A DNA stretch of 64,000 nt from Pseudomonadota bacterium (GTDB lineage: Bacteria; Pseudomonadota; Gammaproteobacteria; Burkholderiales; Burkholderiaceae_C), in contig JAZKIF010000081.1 in assembly GCA_040385005.1 (NCBI GenBank), positions 18,518 through 82,517 on the forward strand, written 5' to 3'. Below, piece after piece: positions 25,635-36,006 of the stretch. The notes beneath the pieces were generated by a model. The model saw only the letters and a list, made by a program, of their open reading frames with translations, did not search any database and had not been told where the DNA came from. Position 1 is the stretch's first letter. Each line of letters opens with the position of its first letter. Both the position numbers and the translations under genes were made by a program.

Positions 25635-27212
25635 ATGGACCTCGACAAATCTATCACGAGATTGCCCGCCGACACCCTCGGGGCGGACCTCATCTGGTGG
25701 CGCTCATCGCACGGCTGGTCGACGAACGTGACATTGTTCTGGAGCCGTTTCCAGCAATTCGCGGACACGATCCACCTGCAGGCGCTGCTGTTCGACCGTG
25801 CGGGCCAATGCGTCGCGACATGGCGGATCGGGTTGCCCGCCGCGCATCCCATCCTCATCGACAGCACGGCGCCCGGACCTTGGCAAGGGCACGGCGACGG
25901 TATGCTGGCCCTCTATGCGTGTACCGACGGGCCGCCCAGTGAAGCGGCCCGCAAGAAATTCCATCGCCTGTATCCCCTGGTCGGCTGGCATGGCCCGCTT
26001 GGGGAGATCGCATCGCTCCATTCAGACCAGGTGATCAGGCGGGGCCGCGACAAGGTGCAAGCCATTACCGAAATCGTTGCCATCGAGAACGACACCGAAC
26101 GCAACGCGCTCGTGATCCTCAACGGCGAGGAGCACCAGGAGCCCGGCGCGCTGGCGCTGACTTTCACCAACGCCGACGGCGAACGCATGGACGGTAGCTA
26201 CATGGAGGCCATGTCGCCGTTCGAGGTTCACCGCATCGCCCTGCGGGAGATCGCGCCCGGGCTGGGCGAGTTCGCGCGCGGCCAGCCCTTCACTGTCAGC
26301 GGGCGCTTCGAGTCGCACGGCCTTTTCACGCGCCCGTATGTCGAAACGACCGGCGCGCGATACGGCATCTACCACGCCGGGGATGTGTACGCCTGGGCGC
26401 CGCTGCCGCACTTCGTCCATGCGCTGGTCGATGGCGAAGTCAACCCGATGGCCGTGGTGCATGACGGCAGCACGCGCACCATCGTCAACCTGCTGCACTC
26501 GCATGGCGACCTCGAGGACGATGTCGCCGTCGATGCCCGCCTGTACGACCTGCAAGGCCGATGCATCGCCCAGCGGCCTTCCTGGCAACTGGCTCGACGG
26601 CACGGCTTGTCCCGCGCGGACGTCGCGGACTTGCTGCCCGACCCGAGTCAGCCGTTTCGCGGGCATATCGCACTGTCGTTCCGCCCGCTGCCCGGGCAGC
26701 CTGTGCCGCGCAGGCTGCAGGCGCTGCTCGAATACCGGGCCGATGCGAGCATCGCCCACGTCATGGCCTGGAGCGACGAATGGAATTCGGCCGTTCGCCT
26801 GGCGCGCCGCGACCGCCGCGACCACCCGGCGCTGCTCCAGTCGTATTTCCGCGTCGTGGAGCGCACCGATTGCGCGACCGGGATTTCCATCACGAACGCC
26901 GGTCACCCCGGCTATGCGCGCTCCGCGCAGATCGCGCTGGAACTGCACGGCCCCCAGGGCCTCATCGCGAAGACAAGTTTCGAGCTTGCGCCCTATGCGA
27001 CGCGCATGGCCCCCGTGCTGGAGATCTTTCCGAATGCGCGCGAGCAACTCTCCCCCGGGGGCATCGGATTGCTGATCGCGTCCAGCGAGAGCGATCTCGC
27101 GAACGTGGCGTTCACACGCTCCAGCGCATCGGGCGCGCTGGCCGCCGAGCACTTTCTGCCTCTGCAGGCATTGGGCGAGGACGGGCGTTGGCTCGTTGCG
27201 GCAGGCCGCTGA
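25635..27212 (+). CDS. Hypothetical protein with about four internal beta-rich repeats
   Basis: Long ORF with normal codon bias and no recognised family; repeated 'h-x-h-(F/Y)-(D/N)-x-x-G' and 'h-x-(E/D)-h-x-P' units; start uncertain. Confidence 0.75.
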   Translation: MDLDKSITRLPADTLGADLIWWRSSHGWSTNVTLFWSRFQQFADTIHLQALLFDRAGQCVATWRIGLPAAHPILIDSTAPGPWQGHGDGMLALYACTDGPPSEAARKKFHRLYPLVGWHGPLGEIASLHSDQVIRRGRDKVQAITEIVAIENDTERNALVILNGEEHQEPGALALTFTNADGERMDGSYMEAMSPFEVHRIALREIAPGLGEFARGQPFTVSGRFESHGLFTRPYVETTGARYGIYHAGDVYAWAPLPHFVHALVDGEVNPMAVVHDGSTRTIVNLLHSHGDLEDDVAVDARLYDLQGRCIAQRPSWQLARRHGLSRADVADLLPDPSQPFRGHIALSFRPLPGQPVPRRLQALLEYRADASIAHVMAWSDEWNSAVRLARRDRRDHPALLQSYFRVVERTDCATGISITNAGHPGYARSAQIALELHGPQGLIAKTSFELAPYATRMAPVLEIFPNAREQLSPGGIGLLIASSESDLANVAFTRSSASGALAAEHFLPLQALGEDGRWLVAAGR

Positions 27213-27334
27213 TGTAACAAAGGGCCGTGCGCCTGAAGGTTGTGCGGAGGAGTTCACGGTGCCCGCCACCCAGGGAAGTTGCGCTCGCGCTATTTGTAAT
27301 AGAGTGCATACATCCTGTTACAACTCGATTCGCC

Positions 27335-28387
27335 GTGAACCTCGCCGCCTTCGCCATCGTCACCAGCGCCCTTGCCTCGTTCCTGCTGGCGGAGCTGTTG
27401 GTGTTGACGGCCGCACGGCATGGCCGCTTCTCCATGGACGTCCCCGGCGCGATCCAGAAATTCCATTCGCAACCGACGCCGCGCATCGGCGGCATCGGCA
27501 TTTATCTGGCGCTGCTGGCCGCATCGCGGGTGCTGCCCGATGCGCAGGCCGGCGCCATTCTTGGCACCGTGCTGGTCGCGGGCATCCCGGCGCTGGGCGT
27601 GGGCTTGCTGGAAGACCTCACGAAACGGGTGAGCGTGACCGCGCGCCTCGCGGCGACCGTCGCCAGCGGCGCGCTCGCGTGCTGGATCAGCGGCGCAGGC
27701 GTCACTCGCATCGATGTGCCAGTGATCGATACGCTGCTGGCCATATCCCCGATCGCCATCCTCTTCACCGCCTTCGCCGTGGGCGGCGTGTCCAACGCGT
27801 TCAACATCATCGATGGGTTCAACGGTCTCGCAAGCGGCACCGCGACCTTGTGCCTGCTCGCCGTCGCCTGCATCGCCGCCCTTGCGGGCGACGCCCCCCT
27901 GGCGATGGCAGCGGCACTGGTCGCTGCCGCGGTGACCGGGTTCTGGCTCGTGAATTTTCCATGGGGACGGCTTTTTCTCGGCGACGGCGGCGCGTACTTC
28001 GCCGGCTTCGCGCTGGCCTGGCTCGCCGTCCTGCTGCCCGCACGCAACGCATCGGTGTCGCCCTGGGCGAGCCTGCTGGTGTGCGCCTACCCGATCATCG
28101 AAGTGATCTACAGCATCTTGCGCCGCGGGGCGAACCACAGCTCTCCTGGCGACGCGGACCGCGGCCACCTGCATAGCCTGGTCGCCACGCGCGTGGTGCA
28201 GCGCCGCTTCGCGAGCATCGATCCAACCTTGCAGAACGCATGCGTGTCCGTCATCATGTGGGCCTGCACGGCGGTCCCCGCCGTGGCCGCCATCCTGTTA
28301 CACCAACGGTCGGGCCTGCTGGCGACGTGCATCCTCGGATGCGTCATGGCCTACCACTTCATCTACCGGCGCGTCGCCCGAACATGA
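27335..28387 (+). CDS. Polyprenyl-phosphate HexNAc-1-P transferase (WecA/MraY-like, Glycos_transf_4)
   Basis: [51 protein letters not shown]; GTG 27335. Confidence 0.9.
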   Translation: MNLAAFAIVTSALASFLLAELLVLTAARHGRFSMDVPGAIQKFHSQPTPRIGGIGIYLALLAASRVLPDAQAGAILGTVLVAGIPALGVGLLEDLTKRVSVTARLAATVASGALACWISGAGVTRIDVPVIDTLLAISPIAILFTAFAVGGVSNAFNIIDGFNGLASGTATLCLLAVACIAALAGDAPLAMAAALVAAAVTGFWLVNFPWGRLFLGDGGAYFAGFALAWLAVLLPARNASVSPWASLLVCAYPIIEVIYSILRRGANHSSPGDADRGHLHSLVATRVVQRRFASIDPTLQNACVSVIMWACTAVPAVAAILLHQRSGLLATCILGCVMAYHFIYRRVART

Positions 28388-29349
28388 CTGCTTCACCCAA
28401 GATCTTCGTCGCCGGCCACAAGGGCATGGTCGGCAGCGCAATCGTGCGCACCCTGCGAAGCCGCGGACAAAACAACCTCGTGCTGCGCGCCCGCAGCGAG
28501 CTGGACTTGACGGACCAGCGCGCCGTGCAGGAGTTCTTCGCGGCCGAACGCCCGGAGCAGGTCTACCTCGCCGCCGCGCGCGTGGGCGGCATCCACGCCA
28601 ACAACAGCTACCCGGCCGAATTCATCTACAGCAACCTGATGGTGCAGGCCAACGTGATCCACTCGGCGTATACGTACGGCGTCACGAAGTTGCTGTTCCT
28701 CGGATCCAGCTGCATCTATCCGCGCCTGGCGCCCCAGCCCATGAGCGAAGATGCGCTGCTCACCGGCCCGCTCGAGCCCACCAACGAGCCTTACGCGGTC
28801 GCGAAAATCGCCGGCATCAAGATGTGCGAGAGCTACAACCGGCAGTACGGCACCGACTACCGCAGCGTCATGCCCACCAACCTCTATGGCCCCGGCGACA
28901 ACTACCACCCGGAGAACAGCCACGTGGTGCCGGCGATGCTCAGGCGCTTCCACGAGGCCAAGGTCTCCGGCGCGCCGAGCGTGGCCGTGTGGGGCACCGG
29001 CAGCCCGCGCCGCGAGTTCCTCTATGTCGACGACATGGCCGCGGCCAGCGTGCACGTGATGAACCTGAGCGTGGCCGACTGGCAGGCCAGCACGCATCCG
29101 ATGCAGCGATTGCTGAACGTGGGCTTCGGCAGCGACATCAGCATCGCCGAACTGGCGCGCGCCGTGGCCAGCGCGGTCGGCTACACCGGCGAGATCACCT
29201 TCGACACGAGCCGCCCCGACGGATCGCCGCGCAAGCTGATCGATACCACGCGTCTGCTCGGCCTCGGCTGGAAACCCCACACCTCCCTTGAGCAGGGCCT
29301 GCCGCTCGCGTACGCCGATTTCCGCGCGAACGCCCACGCTGTCCACTGA
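28384..29349 (+). CDS. fcl: GDP-L-fucose synthase
   Basis: [53 protein letters not shown]. Confidence 0.95.
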   Translation: MTASPKIFVAGHKGMVGSAIVRTLRSRGQNNLVLRARSELDLTDQRAVQEFFAAERPEQVYLAAARVGGIHANNSYPAEFIYSNLMVQANVIHSAYTYGVTKLLFLGSSCIYPRLAPQPMSEDALLTGPLEPTNEPYAVAKIAGIKMCESYNRQYGTDYRSVMPTNLYGPGDNYHPENSHVVPAMLRRFHEAKVSGAPSVAVWGTGSPRREFLYVDDMAAASVHVMNLSVADWQASTHPMQRLLNVGFGSDISIAELARAVASAVGYTGEITFDTSRPDGSPRKLIDTTRLLGLGWKPHTSLEQGLPLAYADFRANAHAVH

Positions 29350-29353
29350 CCCC

Positions 29354-30313
29354 ATGCGCATCTACAACCCCCAGAAAAGAATCCTCGTCACCGGCGGCGC
29401 CGGCTTCCTCGGCTCGCACCTGATCGACCGGCTGCTCGCGGACGGCAACGAGGTGGTATGCGCGGACAACCTCTTCACAGGCAACAAGCGCAACATCGCG
29501 CACCTGCACGGCAACCCCGCGTTCGAGTTCATGCGGCACGACGTGACGTTCCCGCTGTACCTCGAGGTCGACCAGATCTACAACCTGGCCTGCCCCGCGA
29601 GCCCGATCCACTACCAGCACGACCCGGTGCAGACCACCAAGACCAGCGTGCACGGCGCGATCAACATGCTGGGCCTGGCCAAGCGCCTGAAGTGCCGCAT
29701 CTTCCAGGCCTCCACGAGCGAGGTGTATGGCGACCCGAGCGTGCATCCGCAAAAGGAAGACTACTGGGGCAACGTCAACCCGATCGGCATTCGCTCGTGC
29801 TACGACGAAGGCAAGCGCTGCGCCGAGACCCTGTTCTTCGACTACCACCGCCAGCACCAGCTCGATATCAAGGTCGCGCGCATCTTCAACACGTACGGGC
29901 CGCGCATGCACCCGAACGACGGGCGCGTGGTCTCGAACTTCATCGTGCAGGCGCTGAAGAACGAGCCGATCACGATCTTCGGCGACGGCAGCCAGACGCG
30001 CTCGTTCTGCTACGTCGACGACCTCGTCGACGCCTTCGTGCGCTTCATGGCGACGCCCGCCGGATTCCCCGGCCCGGTGAACCTGGGCAATCCGAACGAG
30101 TTCACGATCCTGCAACTCGCCACCAAGGTGATCGAGCTCACCGGCTCGCGCTCGACGATTGTTCGCATGCCCTTGCCGAGCGACGACCCGATGCAGCGCC
30201 AGCCCGATATTTCGCTGGCGAAAGAGCGCCTGGGCTGGACGCCGCAAGTGCAGCTGGACGAGGGGCTGGTCAAGACGATCGACTACTTCGATCAGTTGTT
30301 GAAGACGGGTTGA
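29354..30313 (+). CDS. UDP-glucuronic acid decarboxylase (UDP-xylose synthase)
   Basis: [56 protein letters not shown]. Confidence 0.95.
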   Translation: MRIYNPQKRILVTGGAGFLGSHLIDRLLADGNEVVCADNLFTGNKRNIAHLHGNPAFEFMRHDVTFPLYLEVDQIYNLACPASPIHYQHDPVQTTKTSVHGAINMLGLAKRLKCRIFQASTSEVYGDPSVHPQKEDYWGNVNPIGIRSCYDEGKRCAETLFFDYHRQHQLDIKVARIFNTYGPRMHPNDGRVVSNFIVQALKNEPITIFGDGSQTRSFCYVDDLVDAFVRFMATPAGFPGPVNLGNPNEFTILQLATKVIELTGSRSTIVRMPLPSDDPMQRQPDISLAKERLGWTPQVQLDEGLVKTIDYFDQLLKTG

Positions 30314-30317
30314 CCGC

Positions 30318-32120
30318 ATGTGCGGTGTCGTGGCGGCATTCGCCTATTCCGGGGGCGCGGGCGGCATCGATCGCGCCGAGCTTCGAGCGGTGCGCGACCA
30401 CATGTCCGCGCGCGGGCCCGACGGTAGCGGCGAATGGTTTTCGCATGACAACCGCGTGGGGCTGGGGCATCGTCGCCTTGCCATCATTGACCTCTCGGAC
30501 GCAGGAGCGCAGCCGATGGCGAGCGCAGACGGCAAGCTGGTGATCAGCTTCAACGGAGAGATTTACAACTACCGCGAATTGAGGCAGCAGTTGCAGGCGA
30601 TGGGCCGCGTGTTTCGCAGCGAGTCCGACACCGAGGTGCTCCTGCAGCTCTACGAGGAATACGGCTGCGCGATGCTCTCTCGCTTGCGCGGCATGTTCGC
30701 GCTCGCGCTGTGGGACGGCCGCAAGCAGCGCATGCTTCTCGCGCGGGATGCATTCGGCATCAAGCCGCTGTACTACGCTAACGATGGAAAAACACTGCGT
30801 GCCGCGTCCCAGGTCAAAGCGCTGCTGCACGCCGACGTCGACAGGCGTCCCGAGCCGGCGGGGCATGCAGGCTTCTTCCTTTGGGGCAGCGTTCCTTCGC
30901 CATGGACGCTCTACCGCGGCATACGCGGCCTGGAGCCCGGGCACTTCATGTGGGCGAGCGAGGAAGGTGTCGGCACACCGCAGCCGTTCTGCCTCATCAC
31001 CGACTTGCTGGCGCGGGCCGCGGCGCAGCCCGCGCGCGGCACCCGCGGCGAGGCCTGCGAACATATCGCCGCAGCGCTGGGTGCGTGCGTGAAAGCGCAC
31101 ATGGTCTCCGACGTGCCGGTAGGCGTATTCCTGTCGGCGGGTCTCGATTCGACCATGCTCGCCTCGCTCGCGAGCGGACAGCTGCGGACGCTGACCCTCG
31201 CCTTTTCCGAATTCGCCGGCACGGCCGACGACGAGGTCCCGTTGGCCGAGAAAGTGGCCGCCCAGTTGAAGTCGCGCCACTCCACCGTGCTCACCGACCG
31301 CAAGGACTTCGAGGCAGAAAGGGCCAGTCTGATGAACTCGATGGACCAACCCACCATCGACGGCGTCAACAGCTGGTTCGTGACGCGCGCTGCCGCGGCG
31401 CAAGGCATCAAGGTCGCTCTGTCGGGGCTGGGAGGCGACGAGCTTTTCGGCTCCTACCCCAGTTTTCGCGAAGTGCCGCAACTGGCCAGGCTCGCCGGTC
31501 CGTTGGCATCGATTCCGGGCCTGGGACTCGCGGCGCGCTGGATCAGCGAGCCCGTCCTCAAGCGATTCACGTCGCCCAAATATGCGGGCCTGCTGGAATA
31601 CGGTGCGAACCTGGGCCAGGCCTACCTGCTGCGGCGCAGCCTGAACATGCCCTGGGAGCTGCCGCGGCTGATGGATGCGGACATGGCGCGCCAGGGGCTG
31701 CATGACCTGCAGACGCTTTCGCGCCTCTCGGGCACTTTCTCACCGATCCGGGGAAGCGCGCGTGACCGGCTGTCGGTCAGCGCGCTCGAGATGAACTGGT
31801 ACATGCGAAACCAGCTGCTGGTGGACGCCGACTGGGCCAGCATGGCGCATTCGCTGGAGGTGCGCGTGCCGTTCGCCGACGTTCCGTTGCTCGAAGCCGT
31901 GGCCCCGTGGATCGCCGCTTTTCCGGATCTGTCCAAGTCGGAGGTCGCCCGCGCCACCGCGCCGCGTCTGCCCGCGCAACTGCTGGAAAAGCCGAAGACC
32001 GGCTTCCTGGTGCCGACGAGTTCCTGGCTGATGGCGTCGGACGGCCGCAAGGTGCCGCGGCGGGGCTTGCGCGCTTGGGCGCGGCACGTCCACGCAAGCT
32101 ATACAGTTGCGGTGTCATGA
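30318..32120 (+). CDS. asnB: Asparagine synthase-like glutamine amidotransferase (polysaccharide amidation)
   Basis: MCG start (Cys-2), RGPD, HRRLAIID, NGEIYN, LSAGLDS, GLGGDELF. Confidence 0.9.
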   Translation: MCGVVAAFAYSGGAGGIDRAELRAVRDHMSARGPDGSGEWFSHDNRVGLGHRRLAIIDLSDAGAQPMASADGKLVISFNGEIYNYRELRQQLQAMGRVFRSESDTEVLLQLYEEYGCAMLSRLRGMFALALWDGRKQRMLLARDAFGIKPLYYANDGKTLRAASQVKALLHADVDRRPEPAGHAGFFLWGSVPSPWTLYRGIRGLEPGHFMWASEEGVGTPQPFCLITDLLARAAAQPARGTRGEACEHIAAALGACVKAHMVSDVPVGVFLSAGLDSTMLASLASGQLRTLTLAFSEFAGTADDEVPLAEKVAAQLKSRHSTVLTDRKDFEAERASLMNSMDQPTIDGVNSWFVTRAAAAQGIKVALSGLGGDELFGSYPSFREVPQLARLAGPLASIPGLGLAARWISEPVLKRFTSPKYAGLLEYGANLGQAYLLRRSLNMPWELPRLMDADMARQGLHDLQTLSRLSGTFSPIRGSARDRLSVSALEMNWYMRNQLLVDADWASMAHSLEVRVPFADVPLLEAVAPWIAAFPDLSKSEVARATAPRLPAQLLEKPKTGFLVPTSSWLMASDGRKVPRRGLRAWARHVHASYTVAVS

Positions 32121-33229
32121 AAATCCTCGCGCTCGTCACGGACGCCTATGGCGGACATGGAGGCATCGCCTACTACAACCGGTGCCTGTGCGAGGCGTTG
32201 GCCGCCATGCCGGAAGTCGAGGAAATCGTCGTGGTGCCGCGCGTCATGCGCTTCGCCGCCGGCGCGCTGCCACGCGGCGTGACGTTCATGGCGGAGGCGG
32301 CGGACGGCAAGGTGGCGTACCTGAAGGCGCTGGCGGGCCTGGCGCTCGACTCGTTCGACCTCGTGATCTGCGGCCACGTGCATCTGCTGCCGCTCGCCGC
32401 GCCCTACGCGTGGCTAAAGCGCATCCCACTCGTGCTGCAGGTGCACGGCATCGACGTGTGGACCGCCCCCGGTGCGACGGTGCGGCGCACGCTTTCCACC
32501 GTGGATGCGGTGTGGTCCGTCAGCGCCATCACGCGCGAACGGATGAACGAGTGGGCCCGCCTGCCCGGGGATCGCTACACGATCATTCCGAACACCATCC
32601 ACCTCGATCATTACGAAATGGGTCCCCGCCGCGCCGACCTGGTGGAGCGCTACGGCCTCGCGGGCCGGCAGGTGATCATGACGCTCGCGCGCCTGGCCGG
32701 CCATGAGCGCTACAAGGGGATCGACGAAGTGCTGGAAATCATGCCGGAACTCACTCGCTCGTCGCCGTCGTTGACCTACCTCGTGGTGGGGGACGGAGAC
32801 GACCGCGCGCGGCTCGAAGCCAAGGCCTCGTCGCTCGGTGTCGCGGACCGCGTGATCTTCACGGGGCTCGTTGACGAGGCGGACAAGGCCTCGTACCTGC
32901 GCCTGGCGGACGCATTCGTGCTGCCGGGACGGGGCGAGGGCTTCGGCATCGTGTACCTCGAGGCGCTGGCCTGCGGCGTGCCGGTGGTCGGCAGCCAGCT
33001 CGATGGCAGCCGCGAGGCACTGCGCGATGGCGAGCTGGGCGAGCTGGCGGACCCGACGGACCTGGGGAACGTGCGCAGCTGCGTCGAGCGGGCGCTGAAG
33101 AAGCCGCGCGGCATCCTGCCGGGTCTCAAGTATTACGAATGGCCGCGTTTCAAACAATGCGTCGCAGGTGCCGTGAAGGCGGTGCGCTCCCATCGTGCCC
33201 CACGGGCGCAGGGGCAGGTCCATCGATGA
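32117..33229 (+). CDS. GT4 family glycosyltransferase
   Basis: GGIAYYN, YKGID, EGFGIVYLEALACG. Confidence 0.9.
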   Translation: MKILALVTDAYGGHGGIAYYNRCLCEALAAMPEVEEIVVVPRVMRFAAGALPRGVTFMAEAADGKVAYLKALAGLALDSFDLVICGHVHLLPLAAPYAWLKRIPLVLQVHGIDVWTAPGATVRRTLSTVDAVWSVSAITRERMNEWARLPGDRYTIIPNTIHLDHYEMGPRRADLVERYGLAGRQVIMTLARLAGHERYKGIDEVLEIMPELTRSSPSLTYLVVGDGDDRARLEAKASSLGVADRVIFTGLVDEADKASYLRLADAFVLPGRGEGFGIVYLEALACGVPVVGSQLDGSREALRDGELGELADPTDLGNVRSCVERALKKPRGILPGLKYYEWPRFKQCVAGAVKAVRSHRAPRAQGQVHR

Positions 33230-34071
33230 GCGCGCCGGAATCCGTCTTCGATCACCACCACATCACCGTGATCGAGCCGCCGAAAGGCTGGCACATGCTC
33301 GATTGGCGCGAGCTCTGGGCCTACCGGGAACTGCTGTGGGTGCTCGCGGCGCGCGACGTCAAGGTGCGCTACAAGCAGACCGTGCTCGGCGCCGCGTGGG
33401 CGGTGCTGCGGCCGCTCCTGACCATGCTGATCTTCAGCGTGGTTTTCGGGCAGTTCGCCAAAATGCCTTCCGACGGGCTGCCGTATCCGGTGTTCGTCTA
33501 TGCGGGCCTGTTGCCATGGACGTTCTTCGCGGCGGCCATCACCGCTTCCGGCCACTCGCTGCTGGGCTCCTCGCACCTGATCAGCAAGGTGTACTTTCCG
33601 CGCCTCATCATTCCATTGGCGTCCGTCGGTACCAGTGCTGTCGACCTGCTGATCGCCACCGCCATCCTGATGCTCATGATGCTCTGGTACGGGCTGGGGT
33701 GGACACCCAACCTGCTGCTCGCACCGCTAGTCCTTGGCATCGTCGTATTCACCGCCCTGGGGATGGGAACGCTGCTTTCCGCCTTGACCGTGGAATACCG
33801 CGACGTGGCCCACGTCACCCCATTCCTGGTGCAGATCTGGATGTACGTCACGCCGGTGATATTCCCGATCTCGGTTGTGCCGAAGCAGTGGCAATGGCTG
33901 CTGTACCTGAACCCGATGACAGGAATCGTCGAAGGCTTTCGCTCCGCGTTCCTGGGAAGGCCGGTCGACGTCACCGGCCTGGCCGCCTCGCTGGGCGTCG
34001 CGCTGGTCATCTTCGCGGTCGGCATCTCGTATTTCGAGAAAGTGGAGCGTCGGTTCGCCGACATCATCTGA
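33226..34071 (+). CDS. wzm: Polysaccharide ABC transporter permease (Wzm)
   Basis: RDVKVRYKQTVLGAAW, KVYFPR, YRDV, LNPM, FEKVERRFADII. Confidence 0.92.
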   Translation: MSAPESVFDHHHITVIEPPKGWHMLDWRELWAYRELLWVLAARDVKVRYKQTVLGAAWAVLRPLLTMLIFSVVFGQFAKMPSDGLPYPVFVYAGLLPWTFFAAAITASGHSLLGSSHLISKVYFPRLIIPLASVGTSAVDLLIATAILMLMMLWYGLGWTPNLLLAPLVLGIVVFTALGMGTLLSALTVEYRDVAHVTPFLVQIWMYVTPVIFPISVVPKQWQWLLYLNPMTGIVEGFRSAFLGRPVDVTGLAASLGVALVIFAVGISYFEKVERRFADII

Positions 34072-35315
34072 TGGGCGCGGCGGCGATCAGGATCCAGGGG
34101 CTCTGGAAGTCTTATGAAATCGGCGCGGTCCAGCGGCCCCGCTCGCAGACCCTGTACGACGTGCTGGCGGCCGCGCTGAGAGCGCCATGCTCGAAGTCAC
34201 GCGGCGACGACGCGCCCGCGCAGACCGATACCTTCTGGGCGCTGCGGGACGTCGAGTTCGAGATTCCGCACGGACAGGTGGTGGGCGTCATCGGGCGCAA
34301 TGGCGCGGGCAAGAGCACCTTGCTGAAAATCCTGAGCCGCATCACGGCACCGACTCGCGGCCGGGTCGAAGTGCAAGGCCGGATCGCCAGCCTGCTGGAA
34401 GTCGGAACCGGTTTTCATCCGGAGTTGAGCGGGCGCGAGAACATCTTCGTCAATGGCGCCATCCTGGGCATGACGCGCGGCGAAGTCAGCCGCAAGTTCG
34501 ATGAGATCGTGGACTTCGCGGAGATCGAGAAATTCCTCGACACGCCGGTGAAGCGCTACTCCAGCGGCATGTACGTGCGCCTGGCCTTCGCGGTGGCCGC
34601 GCACCTGGAGCCGGACATCATGGTCGTCGACGAGGTCCTGGCCGTCGGCGATGCGCAATTCCAGAAGAAGTGCCTGGCCAAGATCGAGAACGTCGCGGGC
34701 CACGGCCGCACGGTTCTGTTCGTGAGCCACAACATGGCGGCGATCCAGGCCCTGTGCCCCACCGCGATCCTGCTCGAGAAGGGAAGCGTCGACCACTACG
34801 GACCCACCGCGCAAACCGTCGCGCGCTACGCCGCCTACGGACAAGGCCCCGCAACCCAGGTGTGGGAGGCTGCGTCGACTAAGACCAGGACAGCGCTCGC
34901 GATCACGCGCGTGCAATGCCGGCTGTCCGGCCACCAACCCGACCTGAGGCTGCAGTTGCGGATCGGCATGGAGTCCACGGCCGGGCACAAGCCCGCGTTT
35001 GTCGCCATCGACATCCTCGACTCGCTCGGCGTGTCTTTCATGCAGGCGCTGCCCCGGCTCGAAGGCTTCGTGCGAGCCGAGCAGAAGACGCACGACGTGG
35101 AAGTGGAAGTGCAACTTCCCGGTCTCATTCCGGGCACCTATTACCTCACGGTCTGGACCGGCTCGCACAACACGGAAACGCTGGACATCGTCCCCGGCGC
35201 GGTGTGTTTCGACGTGACCGAATCGCCTTCGGCCGGCCGTGTCTATCCGCACTCCCCGGACCATGGCTACATCGTCCCCGCGTCGGTGGTGCTCGAAGAC
35301 TCATCGCAGCCGTGA
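34071..35315 (+). CDS. wzt: Polysaccharide ABC transporter ATPase with C-terminal carbohydrate-binding domain (Wzt)
   Basis: GRNGAGKST, GFHPELSGREN, YSSGM, VDEVLAVGD, plus Wzt_C-like extension; ATG overlaps the wzm stop. Confidence 0.93.
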   Translation: MGAAAIRIQGLWKSYEIGAVQRPRSQTLYDVLAAALRAPCSKSRGDDAPAQTDTFWALRDVEFEIPHGQVVGVIGRNGAGKSTLLKILSRITAPTRGRVEVQGRIASLLEVGTGFHPELSGRENIFVNGAILGMTRGEVSRKFDEIVDFAEIEKFLDTPVKRYSSGMYVRLAFAVAAHLEPDIMVVDEVLAVGDAQFQKKCLAKIENVAGHGRTVLFVSHNMAAIQALCPTAILLEKGSVDHYGPTAQTVARYAAYGQGPATQVWEAASTKTRTALAITRVQCRLSGHQPDLRLQLRIGMESTAGHKPAFVAIDILDSLGVSFMQALPRLEGFVRAEQKTHDVEVEVQLPGLIPGTYYLTVWTGSHNTETLDIVPGAVCFDVTESPSAGRVYPHSPDHGYIVPASVVLEDSSQP

Positions 35316-35326
35316 CAATCCCCGAC

Positions 35327-36004
35327 ATGCCCGCTTCCCTGAAAACGAAGATCCTGCGCCGGCTGGAGCGGTATGCGGGGCAGTGTTCGGCCGCAGCCTC
35401 CAGCCGCCTTGTCGACGGGGCCGTCGACAAGGCGGGCTTCGTACGGGCGCGCGACATTCCCACGCACATGACGCGCGGCGAACTCGACGCGCTGTACACG
35501 CTCGCGACACAACTCGGCCCCACCCCCCGCATCCTGGAAATCGGTTCGTACCTGGGGGCATCGAGCCGCTTCCTGGCCGCGGCCCTTCCGGCCGGGGGGA
35601 AACTCTTCTGCGTCGATACGTGGAACAACGAAACCATGCCCGAAGGCACGCGCGAAACCTTGCCGGAGTTCGAGCGCAACGTGGCTGCTTTCGCCGGCCG
35701 CATCGTCAAGGTGCGCAAGGACAGCAAGGACCTGGCCGCGAGTGATATTGAATTGCCGCTGGATCTCGTTTTCATCGACGGCGACCACTCCTTCGCGGCG
35801 GTCAGGCGGGACTTCGACGCGGTCGCGCCGTGGGTGGCGGACGCGAAGTTCGTCGCGTTCCACGACACCACCTACTTTCGTGGCGTGTCACGCGTGTTGG
35901 GTCAGGCATTGGACAGCGGGCAGTGGCAGATGGGCGGTCACATCGACAGCCTGGTCTGGCTGCGCAAGGCCGCGGGCCAGGCCCACGACTTTCCGAACGA
36001 ATAG
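35327..36004 (+). CDS. Class I SAM methyltransferase (Methyltransf_24-like)
   Basis: LEIGSYLGAS, CVDTW, FIDGDHSF, FHD. Confidence 0.85.
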   Translation: MPASLKTKILRRLERYAGQCSAAASSRLVDGAVDKAGFVRARDIPTHMTRGELDALYTLATQLGPTPRILEIGSYLGASSRFLAAALPAGGKLFCVDTWNNETMPEGTRETLPEFERNVAAFAGRIVKVRKDSKDLAASDIELPLDLVFIDGDHSFAAVRRDFDAVAPWVADAKFVAFHDTTYFRGVSRVLGQALDSGQWQMGGHIDSLVWLRKAAGQAHDFPNE

Positions 36005-36006
36005 GC

